Source: Lama guanicoe
Lineage: Eukaryota
DNA: 64,000 nucleotides
Assembly: GCA_013239625.1 (NCBI GenBank)
Contig: MU057344.1
Location: forward strand, 250,276 to 314,275
Reading direction: 5' to 3'
Both the position numbers and the translations under genes were made by a program. The number at the start of each line of letters is the position of its first letter. Positions within the stretch are counted from its first letter, which is position 1. The notes beneath the pieces were generated by a model that ran no database searches, was not told where the DNA came from, and was given only the letters and a program-made list of their open reading frames with translations. This document shows, in pieces, positions 12,801 through 25,200 of this stretch.

Positions 12801-13502
12801 AACCCAGCCACGCCCTCTGCTCAGGCCCCTACCTCCCCCTCCCCAGGGTGCCCCCCCACACCTCACCCCCACCTGGGTCCCACCCCTCACCACTCCTTCA
12901 CCTCCCCCTCNNNNNNNNNNNNNNNNNNNNNNNNNNNNNNNNNNNNNNNNNNNNNNNNNNNNNNNNNNNNNNNNNNNNNNNNNNNNNNNNNNNNNNNNNN
13001 NNNNNNNNNNNNNNNNNNNNNNNNNNNNNNNNNNNNNNNNNNNNNNNNNNNNNNNNNNNNNNNNNNNNNNNNNNNNCCCTCCTCCTCCCTAGATCTGGCG
13101 TTGGAGACCTTCCAGAAGAGCCTGTGCAGCCAGAAGATGCTGCCTCTGCTGTCCCAGCCCCCCTTCGTGCTCTTGCACAACGGCGAGGCGGACCTGTGGC
13201 GGCGCGCTGGGGGCTCCCGCAGCGTCCCCCGCCCGCCGCTGTCCCCGCCCTGGCCTGCCTGCGACTCCGCGGCCTCCGCGCCTCCCCCATTCCACGCTTC
13301 CCCCAGGCCGGGCGCGCGCAGGACCGCGCCACCCCGGGGCCCCCGCTTCGCGCCGCGGCGCCCCCGGCCGCCGGCCCCTGGCCCCGACGGGGCCCAGGGC
13401 GGGGACCCCAAGGCCCGCGGCAGCGCTCAGCGCGGAGTGAGCTGCGGGGACCCGGAGAGGGAGCCCTCTCCGGAGTCGACGGAGGAGGAGCGCAAGATCT
13501 AA
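887..13502 (+). CDS. TTLL10: Protein polyglycylase TTLL10 (tubulin tyrosine ligase-like 10), multi-exon; 5' end uncertain, with an apparent frameshift in exon 1777-2066
   Basis: Exons: ~887-1223, 1777-2066, 2173-2291, 2372-2501, 3221-3292 (72-nt symmetric cassette), 3773-3858, 4185-4356, 5319-5490, 6068-6208, 12246-12362, 12685-12778, 13093-13502 (TAA). All introns are GT-AG and phases are consistent from the distal part of 1777-2066 onward. TTL-domain motifs: FYIGGTNGAS, WICKPTASNQGKGIFL, KFDVRSYLL, HLTNQFMQKK, GCDFLIDENFKVWLLEMNSNPAL. Start codon unresolved (ACG at 887; in-frame ATGs at 626 and 1187). Confidence 0.93.
6400..10750 (-). mobile_element. Ancient, fragmented LINE-1 (L1M-type), antisense in a TTLL10 intron
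   Basis: AT-rich block in a GC-rich locus with L1-like 3' end text (~6400-7100), ORF2/endonuclease-like remnants (minus ORF 8339-8521 KAVLGGKFMAVNTY) and an ORF1-like remnant (minus ORF 9908-10117 RRQWDDIFKILKVKNCQSR...SFKNEGEIKTF). Boundaries approximate. Confidence 0.85.
9701..9788 (-). mobile_element. Short tRNA-Ala(AGC)-derived SINE resembling camelid Vic-1, inserted into the L1
   Basis: Minus strand reads GGGGGATGGGTATAGCTCAGTGGTAGAGCATATGCTTAGCATGCACAAGGTTCTGGTTTCAATCCTCAGTACCTCCATT(A)9: A box, AGC anticodon loop, B box, poly(A). Imperfect target-site duplication tatagtgtcttt / tattatgtcttt. Confidence 0.85.
11230..12090 (+). mobile_element. Degenerate LINE-2 fragment
   Basis: L2-like text (ctctacctcaaaatacaccc...catttctcacctggatcattgc...) ending in an L2-like tail gggtgaataaaatgag. 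Boundaries approximate. Confidence 0.6.
12911..13076. other. Assembly gap (166 N) in the last TTLL10 intron
   Basis: N run flanked by C-rich low-complexity sequence. Confidence 0.99.
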
Positions 13503-13551
13503 GGCCACCGTGGCTCCTAGTGGGCCGGCCACCAGCGCCCTTGTGGGGACC

Positions 13552-13557
13552 TATAAA
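13552..13557 (+). terminator. Candidate variant poly(A) signal TATAAA for TTLL10
   Basis: TATAAA 50 nt after the stop codon, followed by U/GU-rich ctactttgtt...tgtgg. A canonical AATAAA lies further on at 15608-15613. Confidence 0.4.
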
Positions 13558-16500
13558 AGCTACTTTGTTACAAATGTGGCCTCTGCAGCGGGTCCGCGTG
13601 CACGCCGTCCACAAGCCCCAGGCTTCCTGCCCACTCGGCCCCAAGACCCTTCCGCTGCTCGCTGAGTCCCTGCACCCCAACGGTCTTCCCTCCACCCCAC
13701 GCGCCCCTACTCCGCTGCTGGGACCTGTCCTTGCAGGGACACAGGGATCGAGGAATGAGAGTGCCTGCAGGAAGGGGAGATGAGCCCCAGCGTCCCTTAC
13801 TCTGCACACCATGGGCGGCCTGCGTCTGGGGAAGTTCACCAGCTCCAGGCCTCCCATACCTCACTGAAGTCCCTGGTCATCCCGACCCTCTTGCAGCCCC
13901 ACAACCCACGTGACCCCTACTGCCTGGCTCAGATCCCAGAGAAAGTTGTCTGATGTCCCCCAGGAAGGGGCCTGGACCCTCTGGATCCCCTTAGGAGGGC
14001 TTCCTCAAACCTGAGATTGTTCCTAAGAGGCTGCACCCCAGGTGGTCCCAGCCCTGCCCAGACATAGCTCCCTTCCAGGACTTCAGAGCACGAGGAAGGA
14101 CTCTGAGCTCTCTACCGCCTGCGATGGCCTGTGACTTGACAACAGGCAGGGCACTGTAGGGGCCTGGAAGACCCAGGCTATGCGTGACACGGCTATGGCA
14201 GGACCTCGCCCTGAGGGCTGTGCTGAGTGAGCACGTCCCTGTGTTCCTCGTGGGCTTAGCCCCGAGAGATTCAAGGCCTCGGGTGTGTCCACGCCCCCTG
14301 CCACCAAGAGTCCTGGGCCAGCTATCATCCCCCATTTACCCCTGCCAACCCAAACCCACCCCAGTCTAGACTTCAGGGTCTGGGCAGCCCCACCCCTGGG
14401 CCCACACCAGCTGTCAAGGCCCCCACCCGCACTTCCTTTCACGGGTCCTGCCATCACCTCTCCAAAAGGTCACCACCAAGTCACAGGTCCTCCTCCTGCC
14501 CTACCCACCCACGCTCCGGATCTCAGCAGGCTCCACCTGAGGTGGGAAGGGCTGCTGAGACCCCCACTCTGCTCCACAGTGGAGGGCTGGCGGGACCTTG
14601 GGGGCAACAGGGCTCGTCCTCCCCTAGCAGCCAGCCCACCATTCCTTTCCCAGGAGTGCGACAGCCACAGCACCACTAGAGGGCAGCGTGCATGGCAGTC
14701 TTGGGCCAGCCCGCTGGAGGTGTGTGGCCAGGGAACACGGGAGAGAGAAGTGAGCTGCACTGGGTCTCAGAGAGGTAGAGCCAGTCCCCCCAGGTCACAG
14801 AGCCAGTAAGGGGCCCTGGTCAGGGATGGATCTGTCCTGTCACTCACACCCCACCCCGCCCCCACCACTGCACCCTCCTCATTGTCCTGCTGCTGTGGCC
14901 TGGAGTGTAGGGTCCACAGGCCAGAAGCACACTTGTCACTGAGTGACTGGGGTTCAGGAGCCCTGAGTTCCCTCCCCATGTGTCTAGTGGTCTCTCTGTG
15001 AGAGCTCGAGTTCAGCACAGCCACCTCTGCAGCCCACAGGCGAGCTGGGTGCCCAAGGCTGGGAGAGGGGAAGACCAGCCTCCAACAGGGGTGGGCTGAA
15101 TGCACCCAGGTCTTCGTAAAACCCACGTCTGTGTCTTCAGGGTCAGGCCCAAGTTTCCTGCTGGCATCCAGGCTGCTACACAGCCATGTCACCTCGGGGT
15201 CACCTCCTGATAACCCCACAGGGCCTCTGTTCTTCATGTCTCAGTCCCCAGGCCTCTCCAATCCCTTCCACACATCCTGCCCATGGGGCTTCTTCCCACG
15301 CCATCCAATGGCTCACGAAGTGGCCCATGGTGACAACAGTGCTGCTCCAGGACGTTCCAGGTCTCCTCCCGGCCTCAGCGGGACTGCTCCCTCGGTTCCA
15401 GCAGCCGGTCAAGGCGACGTTTACAGAGATGACCTGATCCTCAGGGAGAGGCTGTCCCTGCTGCTTCCATTACCCCTGGGCCCTGAGTGGGTGCAATGAC
15501 CCATGGGGACCCGTGATGTGGCAAGAAGTACCCCCTGCCTGGGCTCCCCGAAAGGCCTGGACTATTGCTACTCGTGGGCCCCTGATGCCCGTAACAGTCT
15601 GAATGTCAATAAATGGGGTTTCCCTGCTGTTTGTTCATCCCCAGAGGTGATGGCCCATCCCCTCACCCCCTAATCTGCATCCTCCCCCCCAATCTGCATC
15701 CTCCCCCAGCCCTACCCAGCCCACATTCGGGCTCCAAAGTGTTCTTTCCAGAACCATGAGGACACCAGGTAGAGGTGGGCAAGAGACCGAGTCTGGGGTG
15801 CTGTGGGCCATGGGGCACCTGGGCATGTGGAGGTCAGGATGTGCCCCAATATTCAAATGATGGACAGCGGCACAGCAGAGGTCGGGCACCTCCACTGGTA
15901 CCCAGGACGGGGCGCCCACACTGTGATCCAAGGTAGAAGCTGAGTGTCTCCCCTCCCCCTTCCGCACTTCCCCACCCTTCACACCCCGTCTCCCTTTAAT
16001 CTCTCTCCCTCTCTCTCCCCGTCTCCTCCAGAGATGAGTCCTGGGTTCTTATTAGAACCCAGCGGGCTGGGAGGACAACTCAAGCAGTGCCGTCCACCTG
16101 CAGAAAGTTTCAGGGATCAATTTGTCTTTGGCTTTGACCCCAGCACCACACAGGGACCCCCAACATCCCTGCAGCCTCCATCTAGAGGCCCTCACCTTGG
16201 AGCCCACTGGGGGCCCCCCTCAGCCCCTGGCAGTCAGGAGTCTGTTTTGGTCAAAGAGCCCACGCAGCCCTGAGGACTCACAGGGCCACACTCAGTCCCT
16301 GTCCTCTGGAATGTGTCTCCAAGAAAGGGGTCTGAAACAGCCATGGCCTGAATCACTGTCTCTGGAAAGCACCTCAGCCCCTGAAACTTCCTGGAGAGGT
16401 GTCTGCCTCTCCACCCCAGGCACAGCCACTTCTCGATGGGAAGAGGGGGCCCAGGGCCCTGAAAACCCCTCTGGGGACAGTTGAAGGGGCAGTCCCTGCA

Positions 16501-17720
16501 GGAGGGAGTCCCATCCTGACCCCAGAGCTCAGCCCAGCTGCGGGAGGAGTGCTCATGCTCTTGAATGCTCAGGAAACCATGGGGGCAGGGGAGCGAGAGG
16601 GACGGTCCCAGATCCTGGTCTGGGCCCCTGAGTGGCCAGGCCTAGCAGCATGGACACATCTGATTAATGGTTCACATCCCAGCACCTGGGGACAGTCAGG
16701 GGCCCCCCTCCTCCGGACAGCCTCCTAAAGCTGCCCTGGGGCTGGGAGGGGCTGGTGCCCAGTTCTTTTCAAGGTGAGTCCCCTCCATATGCCCACCATG
16801 GGTCTCTCTGTCCAGCTGAGGGGGGGGGTCCCACGCTGGCTAAGTCCAGATCTCAGCAAAGGGAGGGTCAGCAAGGTGAGGGGATGGGGCTGGGTGGGAC
16901 ACTGCTGTGGCCGGAAGCACTTCTGGGAACAGAGGGTGGCCTCTGGGCCCTTATCTGAGGCTGAACAGACACCATGGACTCCGACCCGGGGGAGGAGTTG
17001 TGGTTTTCCGGACCAGCTGGAGAGCCTCTCCGGTGGGGTGGGGGTTTCCAGGCCTGGAGCTGGCTTGCGCAGTCTTGCCTTTCTGTCTCTCCTGGGCTTG
17101 GTGTCCCGGGTGGGTACATACCTGCCCCGATCCCAGGAAGGTTGGCTCAGTTGGGGGGGGATGGGAGCCCTCGACAGTACCAGCCCCCTCCAGTCCCCAC
17201 ACACCAGCACCCCTGGGTCTCCTGCGCTTCCCACTGCCCTGGGCACTGCCCCACAAGCCCGCCAAGTTTCTTTCCTCCCAACTTGTGTCTGCTCAGGCCG
17301 CCCCTCCCCAAACCCCTGGTGGCAGCCTCTGCACCCCGTGCCCGGGGGCTCCACCTGACCCTCCAGCCTTGCCCCTGACCGAGCGAGCCTCGCCACGCCC
17401 CTCCCTGTTCTGTGGGCTCTGAGCTGAGGCACCACTGCTCCAGGCCCAGCTTTGTGATCCATTTTGGGATTCTGGGGACTCGGAGGAGGCTGCCTCAGGA
17501 GGGAGAGCAGGAGTGAGCAGATGGAGCCGGGAACGACAGGGTAAGGGGCAGGCCTGGTAGGGCAGAGGCATTTCTGCCGGGGGGGGGGAGGGTACGTGGA
17601 GGGAGAGGGTGGATCCCGATTGGCAGTGGCTCCCCAGAGCTCTCCCACAGCACTGAGCTCCCTGGGCCAGGCACCTCCCCCCCCCCACCCCCGCCCTGCC
17701 CCCACCCCTCCCATCCTGGC

Positions 17721-17771
17721 NNNNNNNNNNNNNNNNNNNNNNNNNNNNNNNNNNNNNNNNNNNNNNNNNNN
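17721..17771. other. Assembly gap (51 N)
   Basis: N run within C-rich tracts. Confidence 0.99.
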
Positions 17772-17859
17772 CCCACCCCCGCCCTGCCCCAACCCATCCC
17801 ATCTTGGCCTGGCCTTAAACTCCCCCAGCCACTCCAACCCATCCCTGTCCTCCCTAGGG

Positions 17860-17970
17860 GTAGGAATCCCCCACCAGCTCTGTGTCAGCCCCGTCGCCCC
17901 CACACTGACGTTCTGTTCTGGCGCTGGTCCCACACGGGGCCTCCAGAGGACTTTCCGCGCTGAGTCAGTG
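17860..17970. promoter_or_regulatory. Candidate NF-kB/AP-1 enhancer downstream of TNFRSF18
   Basis: kB site GGGGGATTCC (minus, 17863-17872), TGACG half-CRE (~17906), kB-like AGGACTTTCC (17947-17956) and AP-1 TGAGTCA (17961-17967). Confidence 0.5.
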
Positions 17971-19207
17971 GAACGCGCTCTGCCCACGAGGCCCTCGCTG
18001 ATCTGGCTCTAGGCCTCAGCTGGGGACTGAGCCAGGCTTGGGTACCCAGTTCCCACACTGTGGGTCGCAGTCAAGTGACCCAGGTGACAAGAGCAAGCCC
18101 CAAGGAGAGCCTTCCCAAAGGCGGGTGGATGAGGGGTTGGCAGGACAGGAGATCTGGCCTGCACAGAGGAGGGGCTGAGGCGGGTGGCAGGCAGGTCCCA
18201 AAGAAGTCGGCCAAGGGATGTCCCATAACGCCCTCTTGGCTGGCTCCCCTGAGGTCACTTGCTTGGCTCCTTGGGAGTGCCCAGGGCCAGGAGCCCAGGG
18301 GTGGGGAGAAGGGCTCAGGGATGTGAGCAGTTGTGGAGTCTCCAGTCCCCTCCTTCCAGTGGCAGAAGTGGGCTGTGCCATGAGGGGTGGGGTGAAGGGC
18401 AATCAGAGTCCCTCTCTCCTCCACCTGTCTGCTGTGAGCTAGGCCCACCACCCACTGGGCCTGGGATGGGGAGCAGGCCCGTGAGTCAAAGTAGCCACGC
18501 AGGTGGGAGGGGAGGGCCTGGTGGGGACGGGTGCAGAGCTCTGGGGCCACAGGCAGGCAAGTGGCCAGGTGTGCTGGCACCTGGAGGGTGCTGCTGCTGA
18601 GACCGGTCTCCACTGGCCCGCCTGCCACACCCTGGATGCCAAAGAGTCCTTATCAGGCTTTTTGGGTGTCAGCCCTGCCGGGAGGCAGGAAAAATACTGC
18701 TCACCTCTGCTGGGTAGGACCCCTGGACCGTGCCCAGGGGGAGATAGTCCTGTGAGGTGGTAGAGGCCAGCAGGTGGGCTTGGAGAGAGGGTGGGGGCTG
18801 TGCCAAGCCAGGCCACTCGGCATCTGCCTCATCCGCCAGGAAGTGTTGGGTGTAGAAACTGACCTTGCCCTGGATTTGGGGCCCCAATGACGCAAAGGCA
18901 GGTGCACCACAGAGGCCAGTGGGACGTGTGGCCAGCCCAGAACCAGAGTCCAGAGCAGCAGTGGTCTGGAGACCAGACACACACCAAGGACCTCACTGTC
19001 CCAGCGAGAGTCAGGTGGACCGCCAGAAGAGGGGTTTGGACAGGGCAGCCGAGGCACAGAGGGTGGGTGTCCGGCACAGCACGCCCCCCCCCAGCTCCAT
19101 GGTCCCTGCTGAGCGCTTGCACCTAGGACTGGAGTGTTAACGAGGGAGACCCCGGGCCTGTCCCCTCCTCCCCTCAACACACGTCCATTGAGGTTACTGG
19201 ACAAGAG

Positions 19208-19213
19208 TTTACT
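19208..19213 (-). terminator. Candidate variant poly(A) signal AGTAAA for TNFRSF18
   Basis: tttact on the plus strand, ~320 nt past the stop codon; no canonical AATAAA seen nearer. Confidence 0.4.
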
Positions 19214-19533
19214 GAGTGCTGCCTGCAGCCAGGTTCTGTGGTTCCACAGCCTCCTGTCCTGGAACCAAGGGCCCCGGCCCCCACCCCAGTGGGGCCAGCA
19301 AGAGAGCGGCGTCTGGTGTCCCCTGGGGTCCAGCCACAGCTGCTGCTGCTTCTGCAGTCTGTGCCACTAGTCACTGGCACCATCCCCCACCCGCTTCCGC
19401 CATCGAGGGGAGCAGGGCCGGGCCCGGAGCCAGGGCCCCACAGCGGGCGCTGAGCCCTCGCTCCTGAGGGCCAGCCTGGGCCGGCTCCCGGGAGGGTGTG
19501 GCATGGGGCCCTCTGAGCCAGAGGACAGTGGCC

Positions 19534-22285
19534 TCACACCCACAGGTCCTCCGGTCGGCCTTTGTCCTCCGGCAGCCGCTCCCCCCGCTCTTCCTCAGGG
19601 AACTGGCAGCTGCCGGCGTCCTCAGGTGCAGGTGCCGGGGCCTCTAGGAGCAGCGGGGTCTCTGCAGAAGGGCTGCGGTCAGCAGGCAGGCCAGGGGCAC
19701 CCTCCCCACCGCAGGGCACAACTGACCTGGGGGCCACATTGTCTGTCTCCTCAGCTGCCAGATGTGCAGGCCCAGCTGGGCCACGGTCAGGGCCAGGACG
19801 CAGATGGCGACAGCCAGGAGGACAACAGTCGGCAGGCTGGGGGGCTCATCAGGCAGCAGCCCGGGGCTGCACACGGCATTGTGCGTCGTGTTCCCGGGGA
19901 ACGTGGTGAGAAACCCCAGCTGGGAGCAGCTGGGCACACAGACACAGAGCCCTCGGTCAGCCCTCAGCCAGCTGAGCAGCCCCTCCACCCAGCTCCCACT
20001 CCCTGAGCTGTCCAGGGATCACTGCACGGAAGGGACAGCAGAGGCCCCTCCTGCAGAGCAGGCCTGGACCCCAGCCACCTGGAGGCCCCACCAGGACTCA
20101 CTCTGCCCAAGGTTTGCAGCGTCCCTCGTGGCCCCCAGAGAAGGTCCCTAAGGCACAGTCGACACACTCGAAGCCAAAATTGAAATTTCCTGGAGACAGA
20201 CAGACAGACAGGCTGCGGGGGTTGCTGGGGGGAATGAGGTGGGGTCCATCCGGTGTCTGGGTCCTCAGAGCGGAATGACCCCCACAGCCTCACCCATTTG
20301 ACAGGAGTCTCTGACGCCCAGAGGACTAGGGCCTGGGATAAACAAGGTCCCTGTGTGCCTCCTTCCAGGCTGTGACTCTGGGCAGAATGGAGGGTCTCTG
20401 ATAGGATATGGGGGAGGGGAGGGACCTGCCCACAGAGACTAGAGGAGGTGGGACGTGGGGAGCTGGAAGCAGAGGCCAGGTGACAGCCAGGCTGGGCCTT
20501 CACTTGGCCGGGCCTTCACTTGGCCGGGTAGGCTGGAGGGCAGGAGGCCAGGCTCCCAGAGAGAGGGACAAGGCTGGTGCCGCAGTCTTCTCTAAGCCCT
20601 GGCTCCCCAACCTCACGCAGTCCCCTGGTCCTCACTCCCCTAGCCCACACATGCTCAGCCAGGCCCCTCCTATCAGGTACACAGGCCCTAAGAGGACTGG
20701 AGCTGCTCCTTCCAGGCTGGGCTTTGGGGGGCAGGCCTGGCCTCATCCAACTGTCCCCGTACAGATGGTCAAAGCCAGAGCCCTAGGGCCAGACAGCCCC
20801 TGGACACCCTCATTGCTCTTCACAACCAGCCTGAGGGACATCATCTCTGGATGGAGAAACCCAAGCCAAGAGAAGGAAGGGAGGACGCCCAGAAGCCACA
20901 AGAACCATGGGTGCTGTGACTTAAATTTGGGCTGAGGTGCTAAGCAGCAGAACAGCCCACTCACCAGAGCTCTGCAGGACCCCCAGTGCTGGTGCCCGCC
21001 TGCCCACAGGAGCTCGCATCCCTTGTGAGCTCCCTTGTGAGCTCTGGCTCGGCCCCTGTCAACCCCCAGAGCTGCTGGGCCACCTCCACCTGCAACCTAC
21101 CTACAGGCCACGCCTCTTGGCCAGGTGGGCAGGAGTGGTGCTTGCAGCTCTTACACTGAGGGTCTCCACAGTGGAACTCGGGCTGGATACATGTGCAGTC
21201 TTGCTCGGGACAGACCCCCTCAGCTGGGCAGGAGACAGCCAGCCCTGTCAGCCGTCAGGCCAGGCCCTTCCCTCCCCAGGTGGCCCCCTCCCAGCCCTCC
21301 AGGGGAATGGGAGTGTGAGGGCAGGGCAGCCAAGGCGCCATCCTCAGACAGCTCCAGGGGGCAGAGCAGCTGTCTGGGAGCCAGGACCCTGGCTTGCTCC
21401 AGCTGGGTCCCTTCTTCCTGGACACCAAGCTCCTCCAACCCACCTGGCCTGGCTGCCCCCTTAAATGCCTCAGGTTGCTCCTACCCAGGGAGGCTGTGAC
21501 TTAGCGCTGCCCCTGCTGGACAAGGGAGCAGCCTGGGAGACTTGCCCCCTCTTCTTTCCATCCTGCACTGACCTCCGCTGCCAGGACCCTCAAGGAAGCC
21601 CGCCTGTCTCCCTGCGCCACTGTCCACCATTCCTGCCACAGGGGACTTGGGACACTGAAAGCCTCCCCTTCGCACCCCCTAGGTCCTGGCAGAGGATGTC
21701 TTCCCTGAGATATCTGTTCCCACACTGACCCATTCCACCTGTCCCTCACCCACAGATGTAGGTCCGAGGAGGGAGCTGGCAGAAAGAGGGGCTGCAACCC
21801 CAAACTGGGCAGGAAGTGGCCTGGGTGATGGCCAAAGGCTTGCTACCCACTCAACAGGAAGGGCCACAGCCTTCCTCCACCTTGGGACCCCAGACCTGGC
21901 TTGGGGAAGGCTCCCAAAACCCCTGGTCCCTGCCCCTCCTCCCACACCTCAGCCCCACTCCCCAGGCCACTGGCCTGAGCTGGATGCTTCTGCCCCCCCC
22001 ACACACACCCCACCGACAGCGATGGGACCAGGGCTCTGGACCCAACAGTCTGCCCCGAGCATGGGGAGGGAGTGCTGCGCTGCTGCCCTCCGCGCAGGGG
22101 CTCCCCGGCCCCGCCTTACCCGGGGCGCAGGAGCGGCAGCAGCGCGCGTTCGTCCCCGTCCCACGCAGAAGGCGGCCGGGGCCGCAGCTCGGGCCCCGGG
22201 CGGAGCGCTGGCCCAGGCCCAGAGCGCAGAACAGCGCAACGCCGCACAGGGCCAGGCGCGTGCCCCTCGCCCCCATGGCACCCAT
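19534..22285 (-). CDS. TNFRSF18: TNF receptor superfamily member 18 (GITR), 235 aa
   Basis: Exons 22285-22120, 21223-21101, 20189-20102, 19929-19727, 19661-19534 (708 nt, GT-AG, in phase). Signal peptide, CRDs (CGPGRLLRGTGTNARCC; CIQPEFHCGDP; CALGTFSGGHEGRCKPW), TM VVLLAVAICVLALTVAQLGLHIW, TRAF motif CQFPEEE, C-terminus DLWV. Confidence 0.97.
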
Positions 22286-25200
22286 GGCTGCACTGCGCGC
22301 CGAGGTTTTAGGAGACAGCCCCTCCCCCCGGACACTCCCAGACCCCGCCCCGCAGGTCGCCCCGCCTCTGCCACGCCCCAGGGGGCCCGGAGAAATTGTT
22401 CTTCTGGGGGACCCCCTCCCCACAAGACCTTGCAACTCAAAATCCAAGGCACGGGCAGAGGATCTTGGGCAGTGAGACCCTGTGTGGTTACAGCGGGAGA
22501 TACCTGTCCCAAGCACAGGAAGCACAGCGCGGAGCGACCCTGGTGTGAACGCGAGACTCTGGGCGGCCAGGCTGTGTCCCTGCAAGCTCCTCTGTCACAA
22601 ACGCACCCTCTGTGGCGTCCATCGTGGGGGAGGCTGGCGGGGGTGCGGTATACGGGAAATCTCTGGACCTTCCCCTCACTTTTGCTGTGAACACAAAACT
22701 GCTCTACAAAATAGTCTTTTTTCTAATTCAAGGGAGCCCAGAGGAACCTCAAGGGGGCGAGTCCCATCACAGCCTGCAGAGCACGTGACCATGAAAGAGG
22801 GGGTGTCCAGGAGACCCATGTTTCGGAGTGACCTTGAGGGATTCCCAAGTGATCGTGCCCTTTGGCCCAGGAATTCTTGTCCAAAAACTAAACACGCCCC
22901 AGATGTGTGTGCCTTGTCAGGGGAAACACCGGTCTTATCCCCAGCCACACCGCGGCTGGGGCACAAAGGGTGGGTGTCAGAAATGTTTTCTATGCAAAAC
23001 CTGTGGCCACCAGGTCTGAAGGAACTGGGGTGGGGTGGGAGGGCCGGCAGGAATGGGTGCTGAATGCAGGGTGCCCTGAGTCGTTCAGACTGGGCATTAG
23101 CCATGGACAGCTTATGCCAGGACCCCCCACCACAGTGGACTCATCGGGAACTGCTCCCTTGCTGCACCCTCTTGGCTCCTGGTTGAGTCTGCTCCCCACC
23201 TCCAGCTTCCTCAGGGGTTGTTAAAGCTCTCTGATGCCCAGAGCAGGGGGGATGAAGTTAAGCCTGCAGAGCCCGGACCCCACACCTGTCCACCTGCCGG
23301 AAGTCCTGGAATCCCAGTCCTGAGCAGCCTTGGAACCCATCCAGGGATCAGGAGGACCCCCCAACTTCTGAGGATTAGAACAAATGCCCTTCTTTCCAGG
23401 AATCAGGACGAGCCCCCACTTTCTGGAAATTAGGACGAGTACCCCTCAACTTGGCCAACTGGGCCTTTCCGGGCTTCAGACATGCAAGCCCCCCCACCAC
23501 ATACACACACCTGTGGGCTGCAGCCATGCAGACACCTGCTGGGAAGAGCTGTCAGGGAGAGACGGGGCACTAACTGAACCCTGACGTTTAGGGAGGAGGT
23601 GGCTGCCCAGGCTGCAGCTCTGACTGCTGGGCAGGTTCTACCCAGAGCCCAGCACATGAAGGCGGCAGTCCTGGAGGGTGTGGAAGGCGGGCCCCCAACA
23701 GAGGTCCTGAGCCACAGAGAACTCAGCCTCCAACTCACTGTGAACTGTCCTCATCTCTCTGAGCCTCAGGTTCTCCAAGTGGCATCAAGGGGCTCTGAGG
23801 CCCTGCCTTCTCCAGGAAGCCTTCCTGGGTCACTTGGCCCTGGAGTTGAGGCCTGGTACTGGGGAAGCTGGTGAAGACCTCAGGGAATGCTGCGGGGTAG
23901 GCAGTGTGGTCCCAGGAGTGTGACTGGAGGTGTGTTACGGTTGTGACCTTGTTACCTGGGCAGACCCAGGAGACTTGGTTCAAGACCCTTTGAGACCTGC
24001 AGCCCCACCTCACCTGCTGGAGCAGTTGTCCTTTTCGGAGGGAAATGACAGGAGTCAGCGATTTGTGACTCAAGGATTGTTCTCAAGTCCCAGGATGTGC
24101 AAGACCACCTCAGAAGAGCAACTCAGTCCTGCAGGAAAGGGAGGAGTCTACAGGGCAGCTGTGGCTGCAGGTGACTGGGGTGAGGTGAGGCCGCTGGGAC
24201 TGCGGAAGGGCCCCCCTGAGGGTTGCCCCAGTCCTTGGTTCAGCTCCTAGACGGGAGGTGGGTCTGAGCACTGGGACAGAACGGGAGGCCGTCCGGCCGT
24301 CCGGGCGTCCCTGGACACTAGGTGAAGGTGCCCAGTAGAGAACTGGGCAGGTCTGGGCCTTCCGCCCCTGCTCAGTTTAAAGGGCTGGTCTGCTGGTCAC
24401 CGCAGTTCTGGTGAGCGCCCAAGAAAATATGGCGAGTCCCCTACAAATGATGCATGTGAGACTAGGTCCTGCTGTCGGCCCTTCTGGAAGTGGGGCCGGC
24501 ACAGCAGGCGTCGGGGCAGGCTGTCTGCAGGTCAAGTGCCTTGGGGGGACTGCCACCTGCAGTGGCAGGAAACCAGAGGGAGGGTCACGTGACCGTGGGG
24601 GTGGTGGCTGTGAGCGAAGAGGCAAGAGTGATGTCAGGACCGGGGCCTGAGTCTGCTCTCCAGTTCCCGAGACTCCGGAAGGCCCCTCCCACGCGGCCGC
24701 AGGCTGAGGAGTTTCTGAACAGGGCAGGGCGGCAGGGGGTGATTTCTATCTGCTCGTCTGTATTTTCCAGTAGTTTCTGAGCAGCTTGTCACATTTTCAT
24801 CTTTTGCTTCAGCTCACATGAGTAGCATGCCCTCATGGGGAGAGGGTCCCCCAAGCGCAGAGTCCAGGCTGGGGCCCTGGAGCAGGGTCCCTGTAGGAAG
24901 ATGCAGCCAAGGGCACACTGGAGGGTGCTTGTGGGCCCCAGGCGGGGCTCAGGCGCGGGGTGGGGGATGGTTGTCAGCAGAGACAGGGTGGAGAGCGTGC
25001 TTAGGGGCAGCATTGAAGCAAAGAGAAGGTCTCCAACCCCTGTCCATCTGCCCATCCATCTGTCTGTCCATCCATCTATCTGATGGCAGAGGTGGAGCCA
25101 CCAGGCAGGGACAAGGTGGGGATTCTGGCTGGGAGAACAGCTGGGAGGTTTGGGAGGAAGCCCTTTCCCATGACCTTTGGCCCCCAGGCCTCAAGGACCC

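Noticed and set aside
15290-15445. CpG-retaining, coding-looking stretch (minus strand HLCKRRLDRLLE..., EETWNVLEQHCC)
   Set aside because: Interrupted by a stop, no family recognised and no partner exons found; would need a homology search.
20494-20525. Perfect 16-bp tandem duplication in a GITR intron (also a 12-bp duplication near 21020)
   Set aside because: Ordinary slippage events far from splice sites.
25040-25083. Degenerate (CCAT/CTGT)n tract
   Set aside because: Common short simple repeat with no sign of function.
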